DNA from: a virus
Length of the DNA stretch: 44,116 bases
Reading direction: 5' to 3' (one strand)
Virus record (IMG/VR): IMGVR_UViG_3300028585_000007
The position numbers and the translations under genes were made by a program. Each line of letters begins with the position of its first letter. The first letter of the stretch is position 1. Shown in pieces: positions 30,427 through 39,698 of the stretch. The notes under the pieces are model-generated. The model saw only the letters and a program-made list of their open reading frames with translations, did not search any database and had not been told where the DNA came from.

Positions 30427-31870
30427 GGTTCGACTCGCTCCTGAGTACAGCTACTCGGACGGCTACGACGCAATCGAGCTGGCCGAGTCGGCTGGCTTGT
30501 TCCTCGACCCATGGCAGCAAGACGCCGTGATCGACACTCTGGCCCACGACGACAACTCGATAGCAGAGAAGTGGGCCTCCTTCGAGGTGGCGTACCTCGT
30601 CGCTCGACAGAACGGCAAGGGCTCAATTCTTGAGTGCCTGGAGTTGGCTGGACTGTTCCTCCTGGGTGAGCGTCTCATCATTCACACCGCCCACGAGTTC
30701 AAGACCGCCGCCGAGGCTTACCTTCGAGTATCGACGCTCGTCAAGAACACGCCGTCTCTAGACAAGAAGGTCAAGGGTTACCACGGCTCGCACGGTGAAG
30801 AAGGTATCACCCTCAAGAACGGGCAGCGACTGCGGTTCCTGGCCCGCTCCAAGGGTTCGGGTCGTGGCTTCACCTGTGACCGTCTGATCTACGACGAGGC
30901 GTATGAACTGCCCCGCTCGTCGGTCGCCGCGTCACTCCCGACGATGTCGGCTCGGCCGAACCCCCAGCTGATCTACGCTTCGTCGGCTCCCCTGGACTCC
31001 TCCGAGGTGCTCAAGGGCGTCCGGGACCGGGGTCACGGCAAGCAAGGCACCTCCGCCAAGCGCCTGCTGTACATCGAGTTCTCAGCCGACCCCAAGGGGT
31101 ACGACCTGGACGACGAGGGAAAAAGGATCCCTCTCGACCTGGACGACCCACGGGGACTGGCTGCGGCCAACCCGGGAATGGGTCGTCGCACCTCCGAGGA
31201 GTTCGCGGAGTCCGAGCGTGCGGCCATGGGCGACATCGAGTACGCCCGAGAGCGCCTCGGAGTGGTGGACGACGCCGAGGTCAACGCGATCCTCAAGCCT
31301 GAGAAGTGGGAGACACTCCGTGACCCCCGTTCCACGCTCCTCGATCCCGTCTCGTTCGCCTTCGACACGAACCCCGAACGAACCTGGTCCACAGTATCAG
31401 TGGCTGGTCGTCGTACTGACGGCCGCATTCATACTGAGGTGGTTGAGCGACAGCGCGGAACAGGCTGGTTGGTTGACCGGCTCGTAGAGCTGACCGACGA
31501 CTGGGAGCCTGCTAACCTGCTGGTTGATGCGATGTCCCCGGCAGCGTCGCTGATCCCGCAACTGGCCGAGCGCGGTGTCGAGGTCACCACGACCAACACC
31601 CAGCAGTACGGTCGGGCGTGCGGTAACTACTTCGACCTGTACGACCAGAACCGACTCCGCCACACCGGCCAAGCTCCCCTCACCGCCGCCTCCGAGATTG
31701 CCACCAAGCGCATCCTCGGCGACACGGGGTTGTGGGGCTGGGCGCGCAGAGATTCCACCGACATCACCCCGCTAGTGTCATCGACGCTGGCGGTTTACGG
31801 GCACGACCTAGCGCTCGCAGAACCCGATGAAGAAGAAGTCGACTCCACAGTGGTGGTGTTCCGGCGTTAA
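30338..31870 (+). CDS. terL: Terminase large subunit
   Basis: The ATPase P-loop is VARQNGKGS, with LIYDEAYE as Walker B and a C-terminal nuclease region. GTG 30401 is an alternative start. Confidence 0.9.
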   Translation: MTLLMTSPEGARLASLRDEQGVLWGSQTPRVRLAPEYSYSDGYDAIELAESAGLFLDPWQQDAVIDTLAHDDNSIAEKWASFEVAYLVARQNGKGSILECLELAGLFLLGERLIIHTAHEFKTAAEAYLRVSTLVKNTPSLDKKVKGYHGSHGEEGITLKNGQRLRFLARSKGSGRGFTCDRLIYDEAYELPRSSVAASLPTMSARPNPQLIYASSAPLDSSEVLKGVRDRGHGKQGTSAKRLLYIEFSADPKGYDLDDEGKRIPLDLDDPRGLAAANPGMGRRTSEEFAESERAAMGDIEYARERLGVVDDAEVNAILKPEKWETLRDPRSTLLDPVSFAFDTNPERTWSTVSVAGRRTDGRIHTEVVERQRGTGWLVDRLVELTDDWEPANLLVDAMSPAASLIPQLAERGVEVTTTNTQQYGRACGNYFDLYDQNRLRHTGQAPLTAASEIATKRILGDTGLWGWARRDSTDITPLVSSTLAVYGHDLALAEPDEEEVDSTVVVFRR

Positions 31871-31885
31871 CGAAAGGAGGCCGCG

Positions 31886-33325
31886 TTGGTAGACCGACTG
31901 AGCCGGGAGCTTGAATCCCTGGTCGACACTCACATGCAGCGTCTCACGACGGCACGACCGGAATACAGGCGACTCGACAAGTACTACGAGGGCCTCAACC
32001 GACTCTCCCAGCTCCAACTGGCGATCCCGCCCGAGCTGGAGCAGTTCGTGGTGTTCGTGAACTGGTGCCGCAAGGCGGTCGATTCCGTCGAGCACCGGCT
32101 CAACCTGATCGGCTTCCAGCTCCCCGGCACTTCCAAGATCGACGAGAGCCTCCAGGAAACCTGGGACTACAACAACATGGGCGCTGACGTGACCATGGCG
32201 TTCCTCGACGCGCTGTCGCTGTCCGCAGGGTACATCGCGGTCGGCGCGAACGAAGAGGACCCCGAGCACCCGTTGATCACGGTCGAGTCGCCGGATGAGA
32301 TTACTCACATCCGCGACACCCGCACTCGCAAGCTGTCGTCGGCCTTCCGGTCGTACGCACCGGTCAACGGGATCGACCAGTCCGCCACGCTCTACCTCCC
32401 GAACGAAACGTTCTGGCTGGAGCGCGACGGCAACATGCGCTGGTACATCGGCGACTACGACCAGCACAACCTCGGTCGCGTGCCGGTCGTCCCGCTGATC
32501 AACCGACCCCGGTCGCACCAGCTTCCGAACTGGAAGATCCCGGGCGTCAGCCAGATGCACGACGTCATTCCCATCGTGGATGCCGCCGCACGTGCCCTGA
32601 CCAACGCTCAGGTCGCTCAGGAGGTCATCGCGACCCCCCAGCGCGGCATCATCGGTGCTACCAAGGGTGACTTCGTCGACGAGTCGGGTCAGCCACTGCC
32701 GATGTGGGAAGCCTACTTCGGTTCCGTGTGGGCCGTCAGCAACCCCGCCGCTCGCAGCTTCGAGTTCTCCGCTGGAGACATGAAGAACTTCGAGACGATC
32801 GTCAACCTGTACGCCCGTCAGGCGTCCGGGGTGACCGGCCTCCCGCCGAACTACTTCGGTCTGGTGTCGGACGACGCGGCTTCGGACGCGGCAATCCGGT
32901 CCCGGGAGACGCAGCTCGTGAAGCTCTCGGAGCGCCAGATCGCGAACCTGTCGAACGACATCAAGTCCGTTGGACAGATCGTCGACCGGTTCAAGACGGG
33001 CGACTGGAACCCGGACCTGCGCAAGCTGACGCCGGTCTGGCTCGACGCGGGTACTCCGACCAAGGGCCAGGCGACGGACGCAGCGGTGAAGCTCTACGAG
33101 GGCGACATCCTCGACCGCGAGTCCACGTGGGAGGAGCTGAACTACTCCCCGGCCAAGATCGAGATTCTCAAGAAGCGGTTCGAGGAGCGCGACAAGCTCC
33201 AGCTCGCCCAAGCTCAGCAGATCGGCGTGAACGGCCTGCTGGACGAGGTCGGACTCGACGAGAACGGAGAGCCGCGTGCAGACGCTGGAGACACTCGCAC
33301 GGGATCACTACAGCCGACGCCTTAA
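31886..33325 (+). CDS. Portal protein
   Basis: 479 aa directly after TerL; AAGGAGG SD before TTG 31886. Confidence 0.85.
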   Translation: MVDRLSRELESLVDTHMQRLTTARPEYRRLDKYYEGLNRLSQLQLAIPPELEQFVVFVNWCRKAVDSVEHRLNLIGFQLPGTSKIDESLQETWDYNNMGADVTMAFLDALSLSAGYIAVGANEEDPEHPLITVESPDEITHIRDTRTRKLSSAFRSYAPVNGIDQSATLYLPNETFWLERDGNMRWYIGDYDQHNLGRVPVVPLINRPRSHQLPNWKIPGVSQMHDVIPIVDAAARALTNAQVAQEVIATPQRGIIGATKGDFVDESGQPLPMWEAYFGSVWAVSNPAARSFEFSAGDMKNFETIVNLYARQASGVTGLPPNYFGLVSDDAASDAAIRSRETQLVKLSERQIANLSNDIKSVGQIVDRFKTGDWNPDLRKLTPVWLDAGTPTKGQATDAAVKLYEGDILDRESTWEELNYSPAKIEILKKRFEERDKLQLAQAQQIGVNGLLDEVGLDENGEPRADAGDTRTGSLQPTP

Positions 33326-34319
33326 ACTCTCGGAGAGGGTTACGACCCACACCCTGAGGCTTTGGCAGACGGTGAACTTCAACGAGTTGGACGCGAGCTG
33401 GGATGGACTCAGCCCGAGCTTCAACGACTTGGTGAGTAACGGTGCGGTCGCTTCGGCCACACTAGCTCAGCCGTTCGTGGAGCGCGCGGCGTCCGTGCAA
33501 CAGTTCGCAGGCCAGTCCGGCGTTACCGACCCACTGCTGTACGGTGAGGTAGCGCCGGACGGGCGGGCACTGAGGCCGCTCCTGTACGGCGCGGTCACTA
33601 CCACGAAGACGGCGACCGGCGCGGGGTACTCCCTGGAGCGCGCGGCGGCTAGCGGCGCGGCCTTCTTGGCTGCAGCCGTCAAGACCGTTATTCAGGACAT
33701 GGGCCGACAGGCCGACATGGTAGCGTCGAACGCACGCGGGTTCAAGCACTACACCCGAGCTATCAGCCCGGGCGCTTGCTCCCGATGCGCCGTACTGGCG
33801 GGAATATACTCCTCCGCCGTGGCGTTCCCCCGGCATCCAAACTGCAAGTGCGTCGCGGTCCCAGTGCCCGACGACCCCAACAAGCGCGGGTCGGTCGGCT
33901 ACGAGTCCGTGGACGATTACTTCGACTCGCTGTCGCGGGCCGAGCAGAACCGGATCTTCACCAACGCAGGCGCTCAGGCGATCCGCGACGGTGCAGACCC
34001 CAACCAGGTCGTGAACGCTCGACGCGGGGCCGCTGGAATCCAGTACGGTTCCCGAGACAACCAGCCGCAACCCCCCGGGCGTCGGCTGCAGCGTTCGATG
34101 ATCGGCGTTCGCGCGGACGGCACCCCGCTCATGGTCTACACCACGGGCGAGGGTTCGACGCGGCGCAGCAGCTTCCGCCGTCAGGAAGGTCGACTCTTGG
34201 ACGAGTCGCGCCGGACGACGCGGTACCGGCTAATGCCGGAACAGATTTACGTGATGGCAGGGAACGACCCCGAGAGGGCGCGTGAACTGCTCATCAGGTA
34301 TGGGTACATCTTCCAGTAA
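33276..34319 (+). CDS. MuF-like minor capsid / head morphogenesis protein
   Basis: The FPRHPNCKCV motif is typical of the Mu F / SPP1 gp7 family; follows the portal. Confidence 0.8.
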   Translation: MQTLETLARDHYSRRLKLSERVTTHTLRLWQTVNFNELDASWDGLSPSFNDLVSNGAVASATLAQPFVERAASVQQFAGQSGVTDPLLYGEVAPDGRALRPLLYGAVTTTKTATGAGYSLERAAASGAAFLAAAVKTVIQDMGRQADMVASNARGFKHYTRAISPGACSRCAVLAGIYSSAVAFPRHPNCKCVAVPVPDDPNKRGSVGYESVDDYFDSLSRAEQNRIFTNAGAQAIRDGADPNQVVNARRGAAGIQYGSRDNQPQPPGRRLQRSMIGVRADGTPLMVYTTGEGSTRRSSFRRQEGRLLDESRRTTRYRLMPEQIYVMAGNDPERARELLIRYGYIFQ

Positions 34320-34405
34320 GATGGACCTGGGCTGGGGAGGGATTCCCCAGCCAACCCTGACTTACGGGATGTTTGTCAGGTTTCACCCTCCAAAGGAGAA
34401 GCAAC

Positions 34406-34996
34406 ATGAGCAAGCAGAACCAGCACTTCGGCCCGGAGTTCAACGACACCCCACTGTACGGACCGGCTTCGGTCTCGTTCGCCCTGCGCGGGATGCGCTT
34501 GGAGAACGGTGAGGGTGGCGACGGCACCGGGACCGGTGGAGAGCCGAAGGACGACCCCAAGGACGACCCGAAGGACGGCGAGGACCTCACCTCGCTCAAG
34601 TCGGCGTTGGCCACGGAGCGTACCGCTCGGCGTGCCGCTGAGAAGAAGATCGCGGACGACGCCAAGGAGGCCCAGAAGAAGGCCGACGCGGAGCTGTCCG
34701 AGGTCGACCGACTCAAGAAGGAGCTGGCCGAGAAGGACGGCGAACTGTCGACCTTCAAGATGGGCAAGCTCCGGGCGGATGCCGCCAAGGAGGCCAAGCT
34801 TCCGACCGAGTGGGCGAACCGCATCAGCGGCGACACCTACGAGGACATGCTGGCCGACGCGAAGGAGCTGGTGAAGCTCGTTCCGGGGGCCAAGCCCCCC
34901 AAGGCCGACCCTTCCCAGGGACGCAAGCAGGACCCGTCGGGCCTGAACAAGCGTGACCAGTTCGTCGACACCATCGACGACCTGTTCGGCAAGTAA
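34406..34996 (+). CDS. Capsid scaffolding protein
   Basis: ATG 34406 follows AAAGGAGAAGCAAC; charged coiled-coil (KDDPKDDPKDGE, AEKKIADDAKEAQKKADAEL); precedes the major capsid gene. Confidence 0.75.
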   Translation: MSKQNQHFGPEFNDTPLYGPASVSFALRGMRLENGEGGDGTGTGGEPKDDPKDDPKDGEDLTSLKSALATERTARRAAEKKIADDAKEAQKKADAELSEVDRLKKELAEKDGELSTFKMGKLRADAAKEAKLPTEWANRISGDTYEDMLADAKELVKLVPGAKPPKADPSQGRKQDPSGLNKRDQFVDTIDDLFGK

Positions 34997-35031
34997 CACC
35001 CCACTTCCCAACACTACAGAAAAGGAACAAC

Positions 35032-35916
35032 ATGGTTGACATGGCAACCACCACGAACGGCGTTCTCCTGCCGTTCGAGGTGTCGGGTGAGATCTGGCAG
35101 AAGACCCTGGAGGCCTCGGTCGTCCAGCAGCTGACGCCCCAGATCGACCTCCCTGGTGGCGGCGTGGCCGTCGACATCATCACGGGTGACCCCGTGGCCG
35201 AGTTCGTCGCGGAGACGGCCCTCAAGCCCGTCTCGAACGCGTCGGTCAGCTCGAAGCTGATGTACCCGCACACCATCGCGGTCATCGAGACGTTCTCGAA
35301 CAAGTTCAAGCGGGACAAGGGCGCGCTCTACAACGCGCTCCTCTCGCGTCTGCCCCGTGCCCTCGGTACGGCGTTCGACCGCGCGGTGCTCTTCGGTGAG
35401 GGTGCTCCCGTCACCAACTTCGACACCTTCAAGAACGTGTCGACGGTGAACATCTCGACCGACCCCTACAGCGGCCTCCTGACCGCCCTGGGTTCGGTCG
35501 TCGACGCCGAGTCGGACGTCACCGGCTGGGCGCTCAGCCCCGCCGCTGAAATCCTGCTCATGGGTGAGGTCGACAACCAGGGTCGCCCGCTCTTCATCGA
35601 CGGCGTCAACAACGCCCGAGGCGTCGGCAACCTCCTCGGTCGTCCGTCGTACAAGCAGCGCGCCGTCGGTCGTGCCGGAAGCACCGGGGTCGCTTCGACC
35701 CTCGGCTTCGGTGGCGACTGGGAGTCCGCCGCGTGGGGTGTCGCCGACGGCATCTCGATCGACATCAACGAGAAGGGTTCGGTGACGATGCCCAACGGCG
35801 ACGTCATCAACCTCTGGCAGCGGAACATGTTCGCCGTCCGGACGGAAATCGAGATCGGTTTCCGCTACCGCGACGACGACCGGTTCGTCCGCCTGACCGG
35901 CCCCGTCCCGGCCTGA
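35032..35916 (+). CDS. Major capsid protein
   Basis: 294 aa after the scaffold; strong SD (AAAGGAAC); high GC3. Confidence 0.85.
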   Translation: MVDMATTTNGVLLPFEVSGEIWQKTLEASVVQQLTPQIDLPGGGVAVDIITGDPVAEFVAETALKPVSNASVSSKLMYPHTIAVIETFSNKFKRDKGALYNALLSRLPRALGTAFDRAVLFGEGAPVTNFDTFKNVSTVNISTDPYSGLLTALGSVVDAESDVTGWALSPAAEILLMGEVDNQGRPLFIDGVNNARGVGNLLGRPSYKQRAVGRAGSTGVASTLGFGGDWESAAWGVADGISIDINEKGSVTMPNGDVINLWQRNMFAVRTEIEIGFRYRDDDRFVRLTGPVPA

Positions 35917-35931
35917 GAGAAGGAGAACTAA

Positions 35932-36465
35932 ATGGCTCCCTCGATCCTGCCCCCCAAGATGGGTACCCGCCGCGAGGCGGTTCCCATGCAGGTCAGCGAC
36001 GAGCGAGCCGCGAAGTTCCTCGGCCTCGGCTGGACCCTCAGCGACGAGGACTCGGACTGGAAGGCTCCCGAGCCGCCCAAGTCCGAGCCTCGTGAGCTGG
36101 AGGTCAAGAAGATCAACGACGGTGAGGACTCCAAGACCGGCAACGGTCTGGACCTCACCGCGTTGCCTTCGGGACACGCGGTCACCGCTCCCATCGTGCA
36201 GGACGACCGCCGCAAGGTGGCCCCTGCCGACCCCACCAACGAGAACCTCCCGGGACTCGCTGGTAAGACGCGCGAGGTCCTCCTGGGCATCGCCGCCGCC
36301 GAGGGCATCGAAGTCCCCGACGCAATCACCAAGCCGCAGCTCAAGGCGCTCATCGAGTCCAAGCGCAGCGGCGAAGAGGTCGTCCCCGACGAGTCCGACA
36401 CGGACGACGAGGACACGGACGGCCTCGAACCGATCGACGACGACGAGTCCTCGGACGACAAGTAA
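35932..36465 (+). CDS. Hypothetical protein with an HeH/Rho-N-like motif and an acidic tail
   Basis: LAGKTREVLLGIAAAEGIEVPDAITKPQLKALIE; C-terminus DESDTDDEDTDGLEPIDDDESSDDK. Confidence 0.65.
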   Translation: MAPSILPPKMGTRREAVPMQVSDERAAKFLGLGWTLSDEDSDWKAPEPPKSEPRELEVKKINDGEDSKTGNGLDLTALPSGHAVTAPIVQDDRRKVAPADPTNENLPGLAGKTREVLLGIAAAEGIEVPDAITKPQLKALIESKRSGEEVVPDESDTDDEDTDGLEPIDDDESSDDK

Positions 36466-36488
36466 CACCTAACGGAAGGACCGCTTCA

Positions 36489-36950
36489 ATGGTAGTCAAC
36501 AACCCCGCCAGCGTCGAAGACGTCAAGAAGCGGTCCTTCCGTCCCCTCACTTCCGCCGAACAGACCACGGCAACCACGCTCATCGAAGATGCGTGGTACC
36601 TGCTCATCGGCTACCGCTCCGTCGTCGTTGAGAAGCTCACCGACGAGACTCAGCCCGAGTACGCGGCATTCAAGCACAACGTCGTGCGACTGCTCGCCAA
36701 CTCGGTGCTCCGAGTGATCAACAACCCGGACGGCGTGTTCGAGGAGCAAGGCGACGACTACCGGTACCGGCGCGACCAGGCGGTGTCGTCGGGTCGGCTC
36801 TACTTCCTCAACGAGGAAATCTCGGAGCTGCTACCGACCGGCACGGACGGCGCGTTCACCATCCGACCTGCACGGGTGCCGGGCGTGCGCCCGCCCCTGC
36901 CGGACGACGCGTATTGGGACACGCTCAACGCGTACGGATCGAGGTACTAG
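36489..36950 (+). CDS. Head-to-tail adaptor (connector)
   Basis: Assigned by position and size in the head-tail joining block. Confidence 0.6.
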   Translation: MVVNNPASVEDVKKRSFRPLTSAEQTTATTLIEDAWYLLIGYRSVVVEKLTDETQPEYAAFKHNVVRLLANSVLRVINNPDGVFEEQGDDYRYRRDQAVSSGRLYFLNEEISELLPTGTDGAFTIRPARVPGVRPPLPDDAYWDTLNAYGSRY

Positions 36951-37381
36951 TGAGCCAGCGCACGACGATCATCCGGGGCCGCATCTTCAACGAGCGGCTC
37001 ATGACCTCGACCTGCATCATCGAGCGGGTCACCAGCAAGAGCCTGAACCCAGCGTCGCTCCGCAACGAGGACTCCAAGCAGTTGATCTACGGCGACCCCG
37101 ACAACCCCACTGACCTCGAAAAGGGCAAGTGCAAGATCAGGATCGCAGCTGCGTCGGCGGGCATCCAAGAGCGCGAACCCATCGGTCAGCAGATCGCGAT
37201 GCAGGAAAGAGTGCTCTCTCTGCCGGTGGCGGGAACCGAGTTGGTTCGCAAGAACGACATCGTGACTATCCTCACCAACCCTGACGACGAGGGCCTCGTC
37301 GGCCACACCTTCCGCATCAAAGGGTTCGGCACGCAGACCTCGGCCACGGCGCGGAGGTTCTCAGTCGAGGAGGCCAGCTAA
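36950..37381 (+). CDS. Head closure / head-tail joining protein
   Basis: GTG 36950 overlaps TAG 36948-36950; assigned by position. Confidence 0.55.
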   Translation: MSQRTTIIRGRIFNERLMTSTCIIERVTSKSLNPASLRNEDSKQLIYGDPDNPTDLEKGKCKIRIAAASAGIQEREPIGQQIAMQERVLSLPVAGTELVRKNDIVTILTNPDDEGLVGHTFRIKGFGTQTSATARRFSVEEAS

Positions 37382-37785
37382 TGGCAGACATCGAGTTCGA
37401 CGTCACAGAGCTTACCACGCTCGCGGCAGACATCAATACGATGTCGGTACGCGCAGTGGACAACGTCGGTAAGGCGCTGGAGGTCACGGCCAACAAGGTC
37501 AAGGCCATGGCAGCCTCGGGCTACGGCGGTGGCCACTTCAAGCACGTCGGCAGGGCGATCAACTACGACATCAAGTCGAACCGCGACGGGGTCGAGGTCG
37601 AAATCGGTGCGGACCGTGGAGCAGTACAGGGCCGGTTGGCTCACTTCGCGGAGGGTACCGGAGGCGACTGGACCGGTGCCCGCAACTTCGGCGGGTACCA
37701 CTCGCTTGAGCGGTCGTTGGCCAAGAACCTGGAAGACTTCCAGTCGGGACTAGCAAAGGCGGTACTCGGTGGGTTTGGTAGCTGA
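37381..37785 (+). CDS. HK97 gp10-like neck/tail completion protein
   Basis: The N-terminus MADIEFDVTELTTLAADI and the size are typical; assigned by position. Confidence 0.6.
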   Translation: MADIEFDVTELTTLAADINTMSVRAVDNVGKALEVTANKVKAMAASGYGGGHFKHVGRAINYDIKSNRDGVEVEIGADRGAVQGRLAHFAEGTGGDWTGARNFGGYHSLERSLAKNLEDFQSGLAKAVLGGFGS

Positions 37786-38236
37786 CGTCAACAGGGTGTT
37801 CCTGGAGCGCCTGCGGTCCGACTCGCGTCTCACCGACAAGGTGTACATGGGTCGCGCGAACGACATGGACGCCGACGAGCCGAACGACGGCGACGAGTTC
37901 CCGCCGATCCCGCTCCCGTACGTGATGGTTTTCTCGGACGACGGGGAGTTCAAGTCCGACCGGGCGAGCGACGACGCGGTAAACGCCGAGTTCACGTTTA
38001 CGGTCAACTTGGTGGGAGACACCACCATTCAGATCCAAGCCATGGCGGATGTCGTGAACGACCTGCTGCTGGACTGGCGACCGAATGTCCCCGGGCGTCG
38101 GTCGTGGAAGGCGAGAAAGAGTTTCTCGACTCCGAACAACATGCAGGACGAGCTGATGCCCGCCCTCATTTACACAGTGGCCGACTGGTCGCTCCGTTCA
38201 ACGAAGGGAAAGACCGATGTACGTCCGAGTCCGTGA
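37769..38236 (+). CDS. Tail terminator candidate
   Basis: Located before the major tail gene; GTG start overlaps the previous gene by 17 nt. Confidence 0.55.
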   Translation: MGLVADVNRVFLERLRSDSRLTDKVYMGRANDMDADEPNDGDEFPPIPLPYVMVFSDDGEFKSDRASDDAVNAEFTFTVNLVGDTTIQIQAMADVVNDLLLDWRPNVPGRRSWKARKSFSTPNNMQDELMPALIYTVADWSLRSTKGKTDVRPSP

Positions 38237-38480
38237 CAAGGAGACGCGTCACCAGTTCGACATCCTCGAAGAGAGCTTCGACGACAGCAAGCACGAGTAC
38301 GTGAAGACCGGTACCCTCAAGGGCACCCGCGCTCGACCCAAGCCGCCGAAGCTCAATCAGAGCTACCTCGGCAAAAAGACCACCTCGCCCGCCGACGCCG
38401 AACCCGACGTCGACGAGGACGAGGACGAGAACCCCGGCGAACCGTCCGGTGGCAACGAAGAGAAGAAGGAGGTCCACTAA
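38217..38480 (+). CDS. Hypothetical protein (87 aa, acidic C-terminus)
   Basis: Track ORF; the stop overlaps the major tail ATG. Confidence 0.55.
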   Translation: MYVRVRDKETRHQFDILEESFDDSKHEYVKTGTLKGTRARPKPPKLNQSYLGKKTTSPADAEPDVDEDEDENPGEPSGGNEEKKEVH

Positions 38481-38974
38481 TGGCAGGTGGAGCAATCCCG
38501 GAGAGCATGCCCTCGGACGGTACCCTCAAGGTGACGTTCGTTCCGGTGTGGGACGGCAAGGTGGCCACGCTCGAAGGCGCGACGGCGCAGGACCTGTCCT
38601 GCTACCTGACCGCTGACGGCTGGGCACCCGGCACCGACGAGGCGGTCGTGACCGACTCGCGACTCTGCACCAAGCAGGAGTTCGAGCAGCCCGGTCGCGT
38701 CACCGAGACGCTGGAAATCACCTACGTCTGGAACACGGACGTCGAGGAGGACGAGGCCCGCCAGACGCTCAAGCGCGGCACGGTCGGCTACCTCGTCACC
38801 CGATGGGGCATCGACTACCAGGACGCGTACACCGCGACCCAGGAAGTCGACGTCTACCCGATCAAGACCGGCATCGCGCGGAAGCAGCCGCCCGAGGCCA
38901 ACACCGTCCACAAGATCATGCAGAAGGCCTTCGTCACCGGCGAGGTCCTCCGCGACCAGAAGCTCGCCGCCTGA
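38480..38974 (+). CDS. Major tail protein
   Basis: 164 aa immediately upstream of the chaperone pair and the tape measure. Confidence 0.75.
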   Translation: MAGGAIPESMPSDGTLKVTFVPVWDGKVATLEGATAQDLSCYLTADGWAPGTDEAVVTDSRLCTKQEFEQPGRVTETLEITYVWNTDVEEDEARQTLKRGTVGYLVTRWGIDYQDAYTATQEVDVYPIKTGIARKQPPEANTVHKIMQKAFVTGEVLRDQKLAA

Positions 38975-38985
38975 CCTGACCGCAC

Positions 38986-39014
38986 TTGCGGTAGGCTAGC
39001 CGGTCTGCTATACT
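38986..39014 (+). promoter_or_regulatory. Promoter of the family inside the tail operon
   Basis: CACTTGCGG (-35 at 38986-38991), 17-nt spacer, TGC-TATACT ending at 39014; leader hairpin GGTGCGCG / CGCGCACC at 39019-39049. Confidence 0.55.
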
Positions 39015-39092
39015 GGGGGGTGCGCGTTTTCAGCCACGGGGCGCGCACCTCCCGCTTCACCCCTACCGTGGCACTACCCGTGGAAGGTACCA

Positions 39093-39698
39093 ATGTCATC
39101 CCTTGACGCAAAACTCGAAAAGGCGCAGTTCGCCTATCGGGACCTCAACTTCTGCCTGGACGGACGCCTGAACAAGCTCCGTGACAAGGCACTCGCGGAG
39201 CTGTCCGCCGCGACCGGTCGCGCCGCAGCGACCGACGAGCGCAAAGACCCGGATGCTCGCCTGAGCAGCAACCCGGTCGCCGCCGCCAAGAAGAAGCTCG
39301 ACCAGATCGAAGAGCAGATGAAAGACCTGCTCGTCACGATCCGCTTCACGGCGGTCAACAACGGGGTCTGGCAGAAGCTCATCATCCAGAACCCGCCCCG
39401 CAAGGGCAACGCCGTCGACCAGGGCCTCGGGTTCAACACCCAGACCTTCTTCGACCGCGTCTGCCGGGAGACGGGCAAGCTCGTCGAGGAAATCGACCTC
39501 GACAACCCCGACGACGCCACGCTCGAACCGATCAGCGACTCGCAGTGGGACAAGCTCAGCGAGTCCTTCACCGCTGGTGACTGGGACCGCGTCGACATGA
39601 CGCTCATCGAGCTGAACCAGCGCGACGGCCAGAAGGACGTCGGCCATTTCGTGCGCGCCTCAAAGGAAACCCGCGACTCCGAGCCGACCTCGGACTAG
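39093..39698 (+). CDS. Tail assembly chaperone (short form)
   Basis: 201 aa between the major tail gene and the tape measure. Confidence 0.75.
   Translation: MSSLDAKLEKAQFAYRDLNFCLDGRLNKLRDKALAELSAATGRAAATDERKDPDARLSSNPVAAAKKKLDQIEEQMKDLLVTIRFTAVNNGVWQKLIIQNPPRKGNAVDQGLGFNTQTFFDRVCRETGKLVEEIDLDNPDDATLEPISDSQWDKLSESFTAGDWDRVDMTLIELNQRDGQKDVGHFVRASKETRDSEPTSD

Noticed and set aside
33276-34996. Missing capsid maturation protease, or a toxin domain on the MuF-like protein
   Set aside because: No protease motifs are visible between the portal and the capsid gene, but SPP1-like modules with MuF plus scaffold and no protease are normal. The MuF C-terminus shows no recognisable toxin motif.
35014-36468. 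Long antisense ORFs: 35014-36468 (484 aa), 40923-42668 (581 aa), 31808-33211 (467 aa), 12790-13872 (360 aa), 3844-4908 (354 aa), 16439-17407, 21966-22889, 8297-9181 and similar
   Set aside because: They lie opposite well-supported sense genes. They are Arg/Gly/Val/Asp/Pro-rich with no motifs and no promoter or SD. These are the stop-poor shadow frames expected in GC-rich DNA.
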